From Hyaloraphidium curvatum SAG 235-1 (lineage: Eukaryota; Fungi; Monoblepharomycota), in contig JAIVFI010000005.1 in assembly GCA_025558095.1 (NCBI GenBank), positions 124,001 through 188,000 of the forward strand: 64,000 nucleotides of DNA, written 5' to 3'. This document shows, piece after piece, positions 12,199 to 22,924 of the stretch. Position 1 is the first letter of the stretch; every line of letters starts with the position of its first letter. The notes under the pieces are model-generated. The model ran no database searches. It had not been told where the DNA came from and saw nothing but the letters and a program-made list of their open reading frames with translations. A program made the position numbers and the translations under genes.

Positions 12199-12391
12199 AT
12201 TGCATAGATGGGCGACATCTTACAGCCTTCGCGGATGCGATTAACTGATCGCCCGCTAGCGTACAGACTATACACGGTGCGCCACGGGGTCTACAAACCA
12301 CACGGATCGCAAGGTGGGTTTCGGCCTACACGGCCTGCCTCGCGGCCGCGGAATCGCAGGACGGCCCACATCCCCCTCGCACTCCACCGCC

Positions 12392-12843
12392 ATGCCCGCG
12401 AATGTCGACGCGTCCTGCGGGAATGCGCTCGCGCCCGACGCCGCGGAACCGCTCCAGACCGCCGCGGGAGACGACGGCCCCTCGCTCCCGTCCGAGATCC
12501 TCCTGCTCGTGTTCCGCGAGCTCGCCGCGATGAAATGCAAAGCCTCGCTTCTGGAGTGTGCTCTGGCATCGCATTTTTGGCATGAGCTGGCCTTCCCGGT
12601 GCTCTTCTCGGTCCTGGACTCGGACGACGTGCTCAAGAAATCCTTCCTCGTCGCTGCGCGCAAGCACGCGGGCCTCGTGCGGGAGCTGGATCTCGGCGCC
12701 GGCATGGCGACCGTTCTCGCGGCGGCGTGCATCGCGCTGTGCCCGAACCTGCGCTCGCTGCGGAAATCAGAGGGGCGCGCTCGGACGGGGCGGAGCTGAC
12801 GATTTGGAGGAGGCTCGCGGCGGGCAGCATCCCTGACGTTTAG
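12392..12843 (+). pseudogene. Internally deleted tandem copy of the F-box/LRR gene
   Basis: LPSEILLLVFREL...FWHELAFPVLF is joined at about 12767, out of frame, to sequence matching the last ~25 codons and 3' flank of 11122-12198. Confidence 0.75.
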
Positions 12844-12986
12844 ATCGCATTGACGGCGAGATCCTAAAGTCCTTGCGGATGCGGTTGCTCACCTGGCTTG
12901 CTACCGCACGCCGCCATAGGTGCGTGAGGGATCCCAAAGGGCTTTTGGACGACTTGGCGCCAGACCCTCGGAGACCTTCCCGGTCC

Positions 12987-14072
12987 ATGGCCGTAGGCCG
13001 CCGCACTGTCGCCGGGGCTGCTGTCTTGGCCTTTATCGGCCTCGCAGCACTGCTGAACCGGCCTCCGGCCGCGCCGCTGGCGCCCGCCGACGCGTCCCTT
13101 CCCGCGTCCCCGCTCCCGCGTCCCGGGTGCGCGTCGTGGCCGGAACATGACCCAAACACGATCTGCGTGGTCGCGCGGACATACGTCGGCCACGCGCCGT
13201 TTCTCTCGACGTTCGTGTCGGCGCTGGCGCACGGCAGGGTGCCGGTAAGGGTGCTCGCGGTCGACACCGAGCCCGGCCGGCTGGACAACGCGACGGGGCG
13301 GCCGTGGGACCTGGCGGGGCTGCTGCGGACAATCAACGCCAATCTGGGATGTCCACGATTGGCGACCCAACTGAAGCTGCGGCCGGAGGACCTGGAGCGG
13401 CACCGGATCGAGGCGGTCGCCCCGGGCGTGAAGGAGCACTTCGAGGAGTGGTGCCAAGACGGCGGGCACCAGTCGTCGTCACACGCCCGCAGCCACGCGC
13501 ACTGCGTCGACAGGCTGACGGGCAGGGACTATACCCTGACGGACGCGGCGCTGGACGCCGTGCTGGGGCCCAACAACACCGACGACCCGTTCGCCTGCGG
13601 GTACGTCCTCGTGACCAACGGGGACAACCTGTATGCGACGGCATTCGGCGAGCATCTGCTCCCCTGGATGGAGGGCGGCGCCGAGGGCCCGGCGGACCTG
13701 ATCGCGTGGGACTTTGTCTCGCGCTACGATGCGCTCAAGATGCCCCCCGAGAAGGATGTCGTCGGCGTAGGCCCGAACCACGCGGTTGCCAGCTACTTTT
13801 ACCAGGGCGCGATTGACCTCGCTGCGGGCATGTTCCGCGCAGCCTGGTTCAGGGAACAGAGGTTGCCCGACGGGTCGCCGGTGCGGACGGTGCGCAACGC
13901 GGTCTTTGGCGGAGGGTGCGACCGCGCGTGCCTCACGGGGACGCTGGGATTGCTGACCGCGGATGGTCTGCTGTTCCATCAGCTGGCAAAGAGGCTGCCG
14001 AGCACGCACCCGGGGACGCAGGGGAGGAGGCGCAAGGTTCTGGTGAGGAGGATACTGGTGTTCCACCAATAG
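12987..14072 (+). CDS. Type II membrane glycosyltransferase-like protein (GT-A fold); probable in-frame intron 13451-13525
   Basis: N-terminal signal anchor; DYTLTDAALD; YVLVTNGDNLY; AIDLAAGMF; ADGLLF; C-terminal LVFHQ. Confidence 0.55.
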   Translation: MAVGRRTVAGAAVLAFIGLAALLNRPPAAPLAPADASLPASPLPRPGCASWPEHDPNTICVVARTYVGHAPFLSTFVSALAHGRVPVRVLAVDTEPGRLDNATGRPWDLAGLLRTINANLGCPRLATQLKLRPEDLERHRIEAVAPGVKEHFEEWCQDGGHQSSSHARSHAHCVDRLTGRDYTLTDAALDAVLGPNNTDDPFACGYVLVTNGDNLYATAFGEHLLPWMEGGAEGPADLIAWDFVSRYDALKMPPEKDVVGVGPNHAVASYFYQGAIDLAAGMFRAAWFREQRLPDGSPVRTVRNAVFGGGCDRACLTGTLGLLTADGLLFHQLAKRLPSTHPGTQGRRRKVLVRRILVFHQ

Positions 14073-14254
14073 GCGCTCCAATCCCGTCAGATCTACGTCC
14101 ACGGCGGATGGATGAATACCAGTTCCGATCGTCCACTTGATGACCGGCCGGCCAGGCGATGAATTCGCATCCCGCCTGGCCGGCTTACAAATCCTGCCGC
14201 GCCGACCGACAACCCCCCATCGCTCCCGACGCCGAAGCAACCCCAACCGCGACG

Positions 14255-14937
14255 ATGTCCGCCGCCGCCGCGTGGGACGCGCGCTACGCCGGCCCCGGCT
14301 TCGCGTACGGCACCGCCCCCGACGAGTTCCTCGCGGAATGCACCGCTCTGCTCCCGCGCACCGGCGATGCGCTCTTCCTGGCCGAAGGCGAGGGCCGCAA
14401 CGCGCTGCACGCGCTCAAAAGCACGGAGCTGCGCGCGACGTGCGTGGACCTGTCCCCCGTCGGGCTGGAGAAGGCGCGGCGGCTGTTTGCGGAGAACGGG
14501 ATCGGGGAGGGGAGGTGGACGACCGAGGTGGCGGACCTCTCGGCTTGGGAGGTCGGGAAGGAGCAGTGGGACGCGGTGATTTCGATCTGGGCACACATGC
14601 CGGCGGCGGTGCGGAAGGGGCTGCATACCAGGGTTGTCGAGGGGCTCAAGCCCGGCGGCGTCATGGTCCTGGAGGCCTACAGGCCCAAGCAGTGGGTTGG
14701 CACCCATCATTTGCGCCCGGCATCTTCTGATGATCGACCTCCGATACACTCAGGCTCGAGTTCAAGACCGGCGGCCCGCCCACGGCCGACTTCATGATGA
14801 CCCTGGCCGAGTTGCGGGAGGAGCTCGCGGGGCTGGACTTCGAGATCGGGCGCGAGGTGGAGCGGGAGGTGCACGAGGGGCCGCTGCACGACGGGATGAG
14901 CGCGACGGTGCAGGTGCTGGCGCGCAAGCCGGTGTGA
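14255..14937 (+). CDS. Class I SAM-dependent methyltransferase (bacterial-type); intron 14692-14753
   Basis: WDARY...YGTAPDEFL, LAEGEGRNA, VDLSPVGLEKA, LKPGGVMVLEAY, spliced QLEFKTGGP...EGPLHDGMSATVQVLARK. Confidence 0.85.
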
Positions 14938-15190
14938 TGCCTTTGCGGCCGGTCCTGTCGTCCCCGATGTGATTCGATTCCCGAAGCAAAAGGTCACTAC
15001 ATACGCTACTCCGAAGCAAAGCTAGCTACGATTCCCCATGATCAAGATGCGCGAAGGCCCTGACGACCCGCGTTTCCTTTTTTCGTCCCCGCCCACCCAC
15101 GCAAATGAATCAAGATGTTTGCATCCTGTTCGAGACCGCGGTCAATGGAGCACCTGAAGCGGCGCGATCGCACCCACGGCAACCTGGTGT

Positions 15191-17361
15191 TCACGGGAGC
15201 TGGCCGGTGCAGCCCGAGCAGCCCGAACCGCAGCAGTTGGTGATGTTGACGCCGGCGTCCGAGATGACGCAGCAGACCGCTGGAGGTGTCCACCACGGGA
15301 TCAGCCGAGCCGGCGCGCGGATCCGCGCAGAACCAACCGTTCGAGGGGCAGCGGCCGCCACCAATTCCAGCTCCGGCACCTGTGACAGTATCAGTACGGT
15401 GATTATTGAAGTCAGAAGCCCGCACTGGGACCGCCACGCACCCGCGTTGACCCCGAGGCAGTCGCCGCCGCTCCTGCAGTAGGACCCGCACACGACGTCC
15501 TTGTTGTTCTGCCCGCAGCTCTTGAGGCACCTGGTCGGCGGTACCCGGTCAGAACGTGCCGCCCGCGGTCCGATCGCGCGGAGATGCACCCACAGGCCGC
15601 ACTTGTCGCCGCTGGAGCCCGAGAGGCACAGCGGTCCGGTGCACTTTCCATTGTAGCAGCGGGCGCCCTTGTTCGCGTCGCAGCAGGCGGGTCCGGTGGC
15701 CGAGCAGGGGCGGTCGAAGGGGATGCAGTTGACGCACCTGTTGTCCAAGCACGCCTGGGTCGAGGGGCACTGCGACGATCGGGGCGGGGAGATGAGTGAC
15801 GTGGGAGCGGGACCGAGCCAAAAATGCACCCACGCAGGTCGAGCCGCACGTGGAGTATCCCTTCGAGGTGTCGCAGACGCACGAGCACTTGTCGCTGCTC
15901 GGAATGAGGCCCTGGGTGCTGTCGCACTGCGGCGAATCAGGTCAGGATGGAGTCTGTCGCCGGCCGAGCCCCGATCACCCACGGTCGTAGACGTCTTCGG
16001 TACCTGGCACGTGCCGCTGCAGCACACGTTGCCCGAGCAGCAGTCCGACGATGCGGTGCATGTCCCCCCGGCGGCGGAGCAGCAAGGCGTGGACTGGCAC
16101 TTTCCGCCGCAGCAGTAACCACCGCAGCAGTCCGATCCGGCGGAGCACGAGTTGGCGTCCTTGGTGCAGCAGCCGGATCCGGATGACGCGCAGGACTGCG
16201 TGGCCGAGAGGCACTGCGAAGAGCGTTTCAGAGCCGAGCACGAGAAAAGCGTGTCGAACGGTGACCCACGCAAGTGGTTGAGCCGGCAGGGCACGCCGTG
16301 TAGGTAGCAGAATCGCAGATGCACGAGCACTTGTCGCTGCTCTGGATGAGGCCAGTTCCGGAGCACTATAGATGGCGGTGATCGGCGCCGATTAGCATCG
16401 AGATCGCACGGCCGGAACGCGGCACTCACGGTCGCGGGAGCCTTGCACTTGCCGCCGCAGCAAACGTTGCCCGAGCAGCAGTCCGACGAGACGGAGCAGG
16501 TGTCGTCGGTGCCCGCGCAGCACCTCCCCGTGCCGCCGATTCCTCCGGTCGCGTCGCACTTTCCGGTGAGGCACTGCATGGCAGGAGGAAATGGCGGCAT
16601 AAGCACAAAAGGGCAAGCACTGCATGTCCGATACGCACGCAGATGCCGGACGAGCCGCAAGCAGAGTAGCCGGTCTTGCACTGGCAGCCGCAGCCGTCCC
16701 CAGTGGGCTCGCTGTTGGGATCCTTGGCGGCGCACTGCAAAAGATCGGATGGGAAGCCAGATGCATCAGAAGCCAGGCGGAGCGTTGACAAGGGGACGCA
16801 GCTCACGGTCGTCGCGGTTTCCGGAGCCTTGCACTTGCTTCCGCAGCACACGTTGCCCGAGCAGCAGTCCCCCGAGGCGGCGCAGGTTTCGCCAGTCTTG
16901 GTGCAGCAAGTTCCTGCCGAGCTGCAGTCCTGCGTCGAGGTGCACTGCCAAGGGAGCCCGCATCAGCGATATAAATCACAATGATCAGGTGAGGTGCACG
17001 CACGCAGGCGAAGGGCCCCGATCCGCAGACGGTCGTGCCCAAGGCGCAGTTGCAGATGCACTTGGAGGTACCCGAGTCGTACTGGACCACGAGGGGGGCG
17101 GTGCACGAAGGCGTCGGGAGGGCGACCTGGCGCTTGGCGGGGCGGCGGAGTCCGGGCTTCTCGGCGACCACGGGGTTGGCGGCGACGACGGCGGGGTTGG
17201 CGGCGCCGTGCTTGGCGGCGGGAACCGCGGGAACGAGGACTGCGGTGACGCTGGTCAGGGCGGCAGGGATGTGGAGGAGGGCGGGAAGCCGTACACATCA
17301 CGGCCATGGCGAGGGCGGCGCCGAGCGCCGCGACTACGGCGAACGACGTGGAATGCTTCAT
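15191..17361 (-). CDS. Secreted multi-exon cysteine-rich repeat protein (knottin-like modules)
   Basis: MKHSTSFAVVAALGAALAMA signal peptide; AKR/Q processing site; repeated C-x5-CCSGNVCC-x3-C and DKCSCxC exons separated by about 10 short introns. Confidence 0.75.
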
Positions 17362-18087
17362 GTCGACGGCCGGTTGGAGGGCGAGGCGGTCGGGAGGTCT
17401 TTGGTCACGATTGATTCAACGACGAGTTCGGGAGACGTGCTCGAAAAGGGTTGATCAATCGGCCGGTGGCCGGAGGCTGGGCGTGGAGGCTGGGGAAGGT
17501 TCCCCCCCTCTCGCATCGCCCAACATCCATTTCCACATTGCGATTTCCCTCTCCCTGGATCCGGTAAGCGATGCCGAGTGATTTGGGCATGCGTTCGCCG
17601 AATGTGTGGCGCTCGTTCAGCCTCCCCAAGACTACCGCTGATTCACACGCGGGAAATGAATCGACCGTGGCTTCCTGCCCACGTCGATCTCGGGCGGGGT
17701 TTGGTCCGGAGATCAAATTGCTTTGCACAAGGCAACATCTTCTCGAACATGGCCCAATCGCTTCACCCAGTGAAGCTTCACCCACGGCGCTCCGGCAGGG
17801 AGCCGACCCGAGCAGTACCCCGCCGTTGGTTGCCCCCCCCCCCCCGCGCACGCCCAGGCCCATCTAGAGTATCATGTCCTCGCGGGCCTCGGAGGAGCGC
17901 GGCAACGGTCTATCCGCCCCGCTGCTGCATGCCGGTTGTCGGCATGTGAGCACCCTTGTTCAGGGTCCGGATCCTCTACACAATCAACCCTGGCGACCCA
18001 TTTTGGGACGCAATCTGACTCCCACACATCGTGACTCCCATCGACCGCGTTACCCTTCGCTCCCCTCCTAGCCCTCACCGCTCCGAA

Positions 18088-18666
18088 ATGTCTGCCGCCC
18101 CCGTCGGCCCCGGGCAGCAGAACCCTGCCATCTCCCCCGTCGTGGACCCCGCGCACCCCGAGGACGCCAAGCTCCACGAGGAGCTGACCAAGCTGTGCCA
18201 GGACACCGTGAACGAGATTGCCAAGCACCGTGGGTGTAGTCCCATGCTTGTGTTTACAGCTTGTGGGAAGCTCGCGGGGTCGGCTCCGCGGGGCGGCCAT
18301 GGCCGAGCGCGGGTCGGCCGATGCTTCCGGCCGGGGCCCGCGCTGATCCTGCTCCGTCTGCAGAGGGGGACAAGCCCGCCATCGAGAAGCTCAAGAACGA
18401 CGCTTTCGCGACCATCGATTCCACGCACTTTGCCCTGAAGCCCTCGGTATGCGTCCTGCCCGGGGGGCATGGCCTGCTGATCCCCGACCCATCACCTTCG
18501 GCAGCTCTCGCAGCACCGCGCCGACGCCAAGAAGTACATCACGGAAGCCGCCGCCAAGAACTCTCAGGCCGTGCCCGGGGGCATCGGCGGGCCCACGACC
18601 GGGCCCGGGCAGAAGCCGCCCACGGGGGACGTGTCGGGGCCGACGCAGGGTAAGTCCCAAGGGTAA
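18088..18666 (+). CDS. Small hypothetical protein; introns about 18230-18363 and 18447-18504
   Basis: Splices to MSAAPVGPG...EIAKHQGDKPAIEKLKNDAFATIDSTHFALKPSLSQHRADAKKYITEAAAK...; strong GC3 codon bias. Confidence 0.6.
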
Positions 18667-18871
18667 CGACGGGGAGTTCAAGTCGAAGGGCAGAGGGACG
18701 AGGGCGCCGAGCAGCACGTGTTTGTGGCCGGCGCCGCGTGGCGTCGGCCGTCGTTCAATCCAACGTCACCCGGATGACCCTACCCCATGCCCTCATCCTG
18801 ATCCTGGCCTGCGATCGTTCCATTTCCTAGCTCGCCAGGCTCCCAACCACGAACCATGCATCCTTTTCTTT

Positions 18872-19831
18872 TCACACTCGATCCTTGCTCCCGGCTTGAT
18901 CTACGGGAGGCACGCAGACCTTCTTGTGCTCCGTCCAATCCTTCCGTTTGCACTCCTTCGAGCAGTACGAGACCCCCTTGCACCGCGAGCACCTCCGAAA
19001 CGTGGCCGCGCAGGCAGGGTCCGCGGAGCTGGCACCGCACTTTGCGTCGCAGCAGACGAGCTGGTACGGCCGCACGCCGCCTTCCCTGTTTGCCTTCTTC
19101 TGCCACGTCTGGCCCCGCCTCATGAACACGGGGTCACATGGACCGCAGACGGGGAACATGTACGATCTGAAGGTCCAGGGCCACGTGCCGCGATCGAGGC
19201 TGTTCAGCACGAAGAAGCCTTGCGAGGCGCGGCCGCAGCCGAGGCAGCGGGGACGGCGGGCCACGAAGAGCACCTCGCCCTCGGTCTTCGCAAGTTCCTC
19301 CATGGAGTCGAACGCCCTTGTGGTGTCGAAGCCGACGGGGTGCAGAATCTCGGCCGGCACTTCCTTCCGCCGCCGCACCGCGCGCTCCTCGAACGTGGGG
19401 TCCGACGAGCCTTCGGGCCACGAGGCGCAGATCAGCAGCTCGATGTCCAGCGGCTGCCTCCCGTTCTCGGGGGCAGGGAGCGAGCGGCCGCCTCCCGTGG
19501 CCATCGCCCTGAGCAGCTCCGAGGCGGCTGCGGCGCACCGCCCTCCGCTCGCGCAAACCGCGACGACGCCCACCGCGACGGCATCCGGCTGAGGCCGCCC
19601 GAGAAGCACGTCTACCACGAACGCGCCCGGTCCCTTTTTACTGCACCCGTTGCAGCGCTTCGCGGTGCGGCGCGCCTCGTCTTCGCCCATCCGGCGGGCC
19701 ACCGCCGCCGTGGCGCCGCGGTTGTCCTCGTGGAGGGCCATGTCGGGGGGTACCGGGAGGGCGCTGATGGTGTAGGAGTGCTCGAGGCGGGTGCCGTCGT
19801 AGACGGCGATGCAGATGGGCGTAGCTTCCAT
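18872..19831 (-). CDS. MYND zinc-finger protein (paralog A)
   Basis: C-terminal RCSRCKGVSYCSKECKRKDWTEHKKVC plus additional CxxC pairs. Confidence 0.85.
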   Translation of the reverse strand: MEATPICIAVYDGTRLEHSYTISALPVPPDMALHEDNRGATAAVARRMGEDEARRTAKRCNGCSKKGPGAFVVDVLLGRPQPDAVAVGVVAVCASGGRCAAAASELLRAMATGGGRSLPAPENGRQPLDIELLICASWPEGSSDPTFEERAVRRRKEVPAEILHPVGFDTTRAFDSMEELAKTEGEVLFVARRPRCLGCGRASQGFFVLNSLDRGTWPWTFRSYMFPVCGPCDPVFMRRGQTWQKKANREGGVRPYQLVCCDAKCGASSADPACAATFRRCSRCKGVSYCSKECKRKDWTEHKKVCVPPVDQAGSKDRV

Positions 19832-20350
19832 TTTGTGTGTCGCTGACGTGTCAGGGGTCGTTTGTTTACTGAGCGCCGGGCGGCGTTGCTGCCCCATTTT
19901 TCGGCCTTCACCCCGCACCGCATTGAGGCATGTTGCCGAGCTTCCGCTCCCAACCTGCGTTGCCGGAGGAATTTTGCTCCCCGCCATCGCCGCCAGATCC
20001 CCCTCCCTGATCACGGACTCCGTCCGCGACAATCCAGGAGCTTCAGTGCTCCTAATCCGGAATCCACTCGATCAGAGTAACATCTTTGCCTGCAGCGCCA
20101 ACTGCCTGGGTGCCGCAGGCCCGACCTGCGATGCGGGCCCGCATTCAAGGGATTGGCCTCCAGCAACCCCAGTCCTCGCGAACCACGGGAGAATGGAGAC
20201 CCGCCCGGGACACGGTGGAAGAGGCGGAAGAAGGACTTGATCGAAAAGGCCGGCAGGGACTCGGCCGGAAGTCGGAAAGCGGCTGCGGACGGCTCGACGC
20301 GCCACGGACAGCGGCGCGTAAACACCTGCCTGGCATCCTCGGACAAAGCG

Positions 20351-21697
20351 ATGGCGCGCCTCGGCCGCCGCGCGCTGCTTATTGCGGCGATCATCTACGT
20401 CGCATGGCTCGCCTTCGGGCCGGGAAAGACCCAGCCCGCCGCGCCCGCACCCGCGCCCGTTCCTCCGCCGCCCGAAACCGCGGCGCCGGCGCCCGCCCCC
20501 GCGCCCGCGCCCGGGTGGCTGGGTCCCAGAAGGGACACAAATGACAATGAGGGTGCTCCGGAGCCGCAGGGGACGCCGGACGCCGCTCCGGACTGCCCTC
20601 CCGCGCGCCACCTTGGCCCGTACCCCGCAGCGGTCTTGGCGCGCCTCGCGGCATTCGACGTGGCCGCGGGCGACCCGCCCTTGCTCCCCCTGGCCGTGGC
20701 CTCCTTTCCCCGCAGCGGCACTACCTGGATGCGCGCCGTGCTCTCCCGCGCCCTCGGCTGGGCCGAAACCTCGGTCGACGCCTCCTCTGCCCTCGGCCTG
20801 GCCGACGCGTTCCTCGTAAAGACGCACTTCCCCGATCCCCTGGGGGCGTGGGAGTCCGCTGCACCGGACAAGGCCCGCGGGTGGGGCATGTTTGCCCGCG
20901 CGGTCCACCTCGTGCGGAACCCGTTCGACGCCATCGCCTCGGCCATGGCGTTCGAGGACGCGTGGGAGGAGCTGGCGGCGCAGAAGCTGCCGGCGGAGGA
21001 GGTGGCATCGAAGCTGCGGCTGCTGTCGCGCCCCGACGCGCCCGGCAGACCCAAGATCAACGGGACCTCGAGGCGGTTCAAGTTGCACCTGTCGGCATAC
21101 GAACGCCACCTGCGGTACTGGTCCCGGCCGCCGCCCCTCCCCTCGGGATTGGATCGCCGGTTGCTGGTGCGGTACGAGGACCTCGCCACGGACCCGCAGG
21201 CCGCCTTCCTCCGCATCGCGGAATTCGTGTTCGACCCGCGCCTCCGCGGCGCCGCCGAGGCCTTCCTCTCCAACGACCTGAACGGAAACGCCTCCGCCTG
21301 GCCCTCCGCCTTGGACCACCCCTTCTTCCCCGCGGCCGGCATCGACCCCCGCGCCCTCTTCTCCCGTTACCACTCCCCCCGCCAGGCCGACCTCCTCTCC
21401 GCCCCCTCCACCGCCCAATCCCTCCTCCTCTCCGACCCCGCACCCCTCTCCCCTCCCGACTCCCTCCTCGCAACGGCGGTCCGCTGCGCCGTGGGCGCCG
21501 ACGCCAAGGGCGAGATCGACACGGCGCGCCGGGGGAAGGGGGCGAGAAAGGCGGGGGACGCGGTGGGGCTGTACGAGCAATCGGCGGTCAAGGCGGTGGT
21601 GGGGATCGTGGGGAGGGAGTTTCTTTGTCAGAACGGGTACGGGGGGGCGGTGCAACAGGCGGGGTTCGGGGAGGTGCTGCGGTGCGGTGCAGGTTGA
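20351..21697 (+). CDS. Type II membrane PAPS-dependent sulfotransferase
   Basis: Signal anchor; 5'-PSB loop ASFPRSGTTWMR; VKTH; 3'-PB LVRNPFDAIAS; LVRYEDL. Confidence 0.85.
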   Translation: MARLGRRALLIAAIIYVAWLAFGPGKTQPAAPAPAPVPPPPETAAPAPAPAPAPGWLGPRRDTNDNEGAPEPQGTPDAAPDCPPARHLGPYPAAVLARLAAFDVAAGDPPLLPLAVASFPRSGTTWMRAVLSRALGWAETSVDASSALGLADAFLVKTHFPDPLGAWESAAPDKARGWGMFARAVHLVRNPFDAIASAMAFEDAWEELAAQKLPAEEVASKLRLLSRPDAPGRPKINGTSRRFKLHLSAYERHLRYWSRPPPLPSGLDRRLLVRYEDLATDPQAAFLRIAEFVFDPRLRGAAEAFLSNDLNGNASAWPSALDHPFFPAAGIDPRALFSRYHSPRQADLLSAPSTAQSLLLSDPAPLSPPDSLLATAVRCAVGADAKGEIDTARRGKGARKAGDAVGLYEQSAVKAVVGIVGREFLCQNGYGGAVQQAGFGEVLRCGAG

Positions 21698-21839
21698 ACG
21701 GGGAAAAGCAATACCCGGGTAGGGCGGCGGATGGAACTGCACTTCGCTATCTATCAGATTGGGCAGGCGCTTCCCTGGTATGATGCTTCCGGGAATGGGA
21801 CTTGGGCAAACGCCCGCCACGTCAGCAACGCCACGAACA

Positions 21840-22763
21840 ATGGAAGCGACGCTCGTGTCCATCGCCGTCTACGACGGCTCCCGCCTCGATCCCTCCTATA
21901 CCATCAGCAACATTCCTGTGCCCCCCGACATGGCGCTGCACGCGGACAACCGCGGGGCCACGGCGGCGGTGGTCCGGCGGATGGGAGAGGACGAAGCTCG
22001 CCGGCTCGCGAAGAGGTGCACCGAGTGTCGGAAGCATAAAGTGGAACGATTCGTGACGGACGTGCGGCTCGGGTGGCCGGAGCCGGAGGCCATCGCGGTG
22101 GGGGTCGTCGCGGTGTGCTCGAGCGCGGGCTGCGCCGAGAGCGCCGCGGAGTTCCTTCGGGCCGTTTTGGCGGGCGGCGGCGGGCATCCTCCTCCAAAGA
22201 ACGGGAAGCAGCCGTTGGACATCGAGCTCCTGATCTGCGCATCGTGGCCCGAGGGCTCGTCGGACTGCACGTTCGAGGAGCGCGCGGTCCGACGCCGGGT
22301 CGAGGTGCCGGCCGAGATCATTCACGACTCCCTGGTCGAGTTCGCAAAGACAAAGGAAGTGACCGAGGAACTCGCGAGACGCGAATGCGAGACGCTCTTA
22401 AAGGCCCGCCGCCCGCGCTGCCTCGCATGCGCGGCCCACGCGATCGGATTCGTGTCCCTTGGCACCCTCTACCCCAACACGTGGCCGCGGACTTTCCGAT
22501 CGAATTTGTACCCCGCCTGCGGTTCATGCGACGCGGCGCTCGCTCGGAGGGCCCAGTTGTGGCAGGAAAAGGCCGATAAGGCCACCGGCCTTCGGCCTCA
22601 CAGGATCTTGACCTGCGGGGCACAGTGCGGCGCCAGCTCCGTGGATCCCGCGACGTTCCAGAGGTGCTCCCGCTGCAAGCTCGTCTCGTACTGCTCCAAG
22701 GAGTGCCAGCGGAAGGACTGGGCGCGGCACAAGAAAGTCTGCGCGCCGCCTGGCGGAGATTGA
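21840..22763 (+). CDS. MYND zinc-finger protein (paralog B, inverted relative to A)
   Basis: RCSRCKLVSYCSKECQRKDWARHKKVC; colinear with 18872-19831 (NGKQPLDIELLICASWPEGSSD). Confidence 0.85.
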   Translation: MEATLVSIAVYDGSRLDPSYTISNIPVPPDMALHADNRGATAAVVRRMGEDEARRLAKRCTECRKHKVERFVTDVRLGWPEPEAIAVGVVAVCSSAGCAESAAEFLRAVLAGGGGHPPPKNGKQPLDIELLICASWPEGSSDCTFEERAVRRRVEVPAEIIHDSLVEFAKTKEVTEELARRECETLLKARRPRCLACAAHAIGFVSLGTLYPNTWPRTFRSNLYPACGSCDAALARRAQLWQEKADKATGLRPHRILTCGAQCGASSVDPATFQRCSRCKLVSYCSKECQRKDWARHKKVCAPPGGD

Positions 22764-22924
22764 GCTTGGAGAAAGCACGGTCCGGGTTACGGGACTATAG
22801 CGGGGGCTGGACGTCGCCGGCCGGGCCTCGCGAAAGCTCGGGACGCTGCTCGGCCCATCCCTCGCCAAGTGGCCGTCGCCTCCAAGACGCACAAGGGAGC
22901 CCGATCGACTCCCCCGGACTCTCT

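Noticed and set aside
8560-12340. Helitron or other autonomous transposon
   Set aside because: No Rep/helicase, transposase or RT ORF, and I could not establish convincing termini or a target-site duplication; kept only as an open hypothesis
14255-14937. ArsM arsenite methyltransferase partnering ArsA
   Set aside because: It lacks the ArsM conserved Cys set and length; its motifs fit a different small class I methyltransferase family; it is 18 kb away
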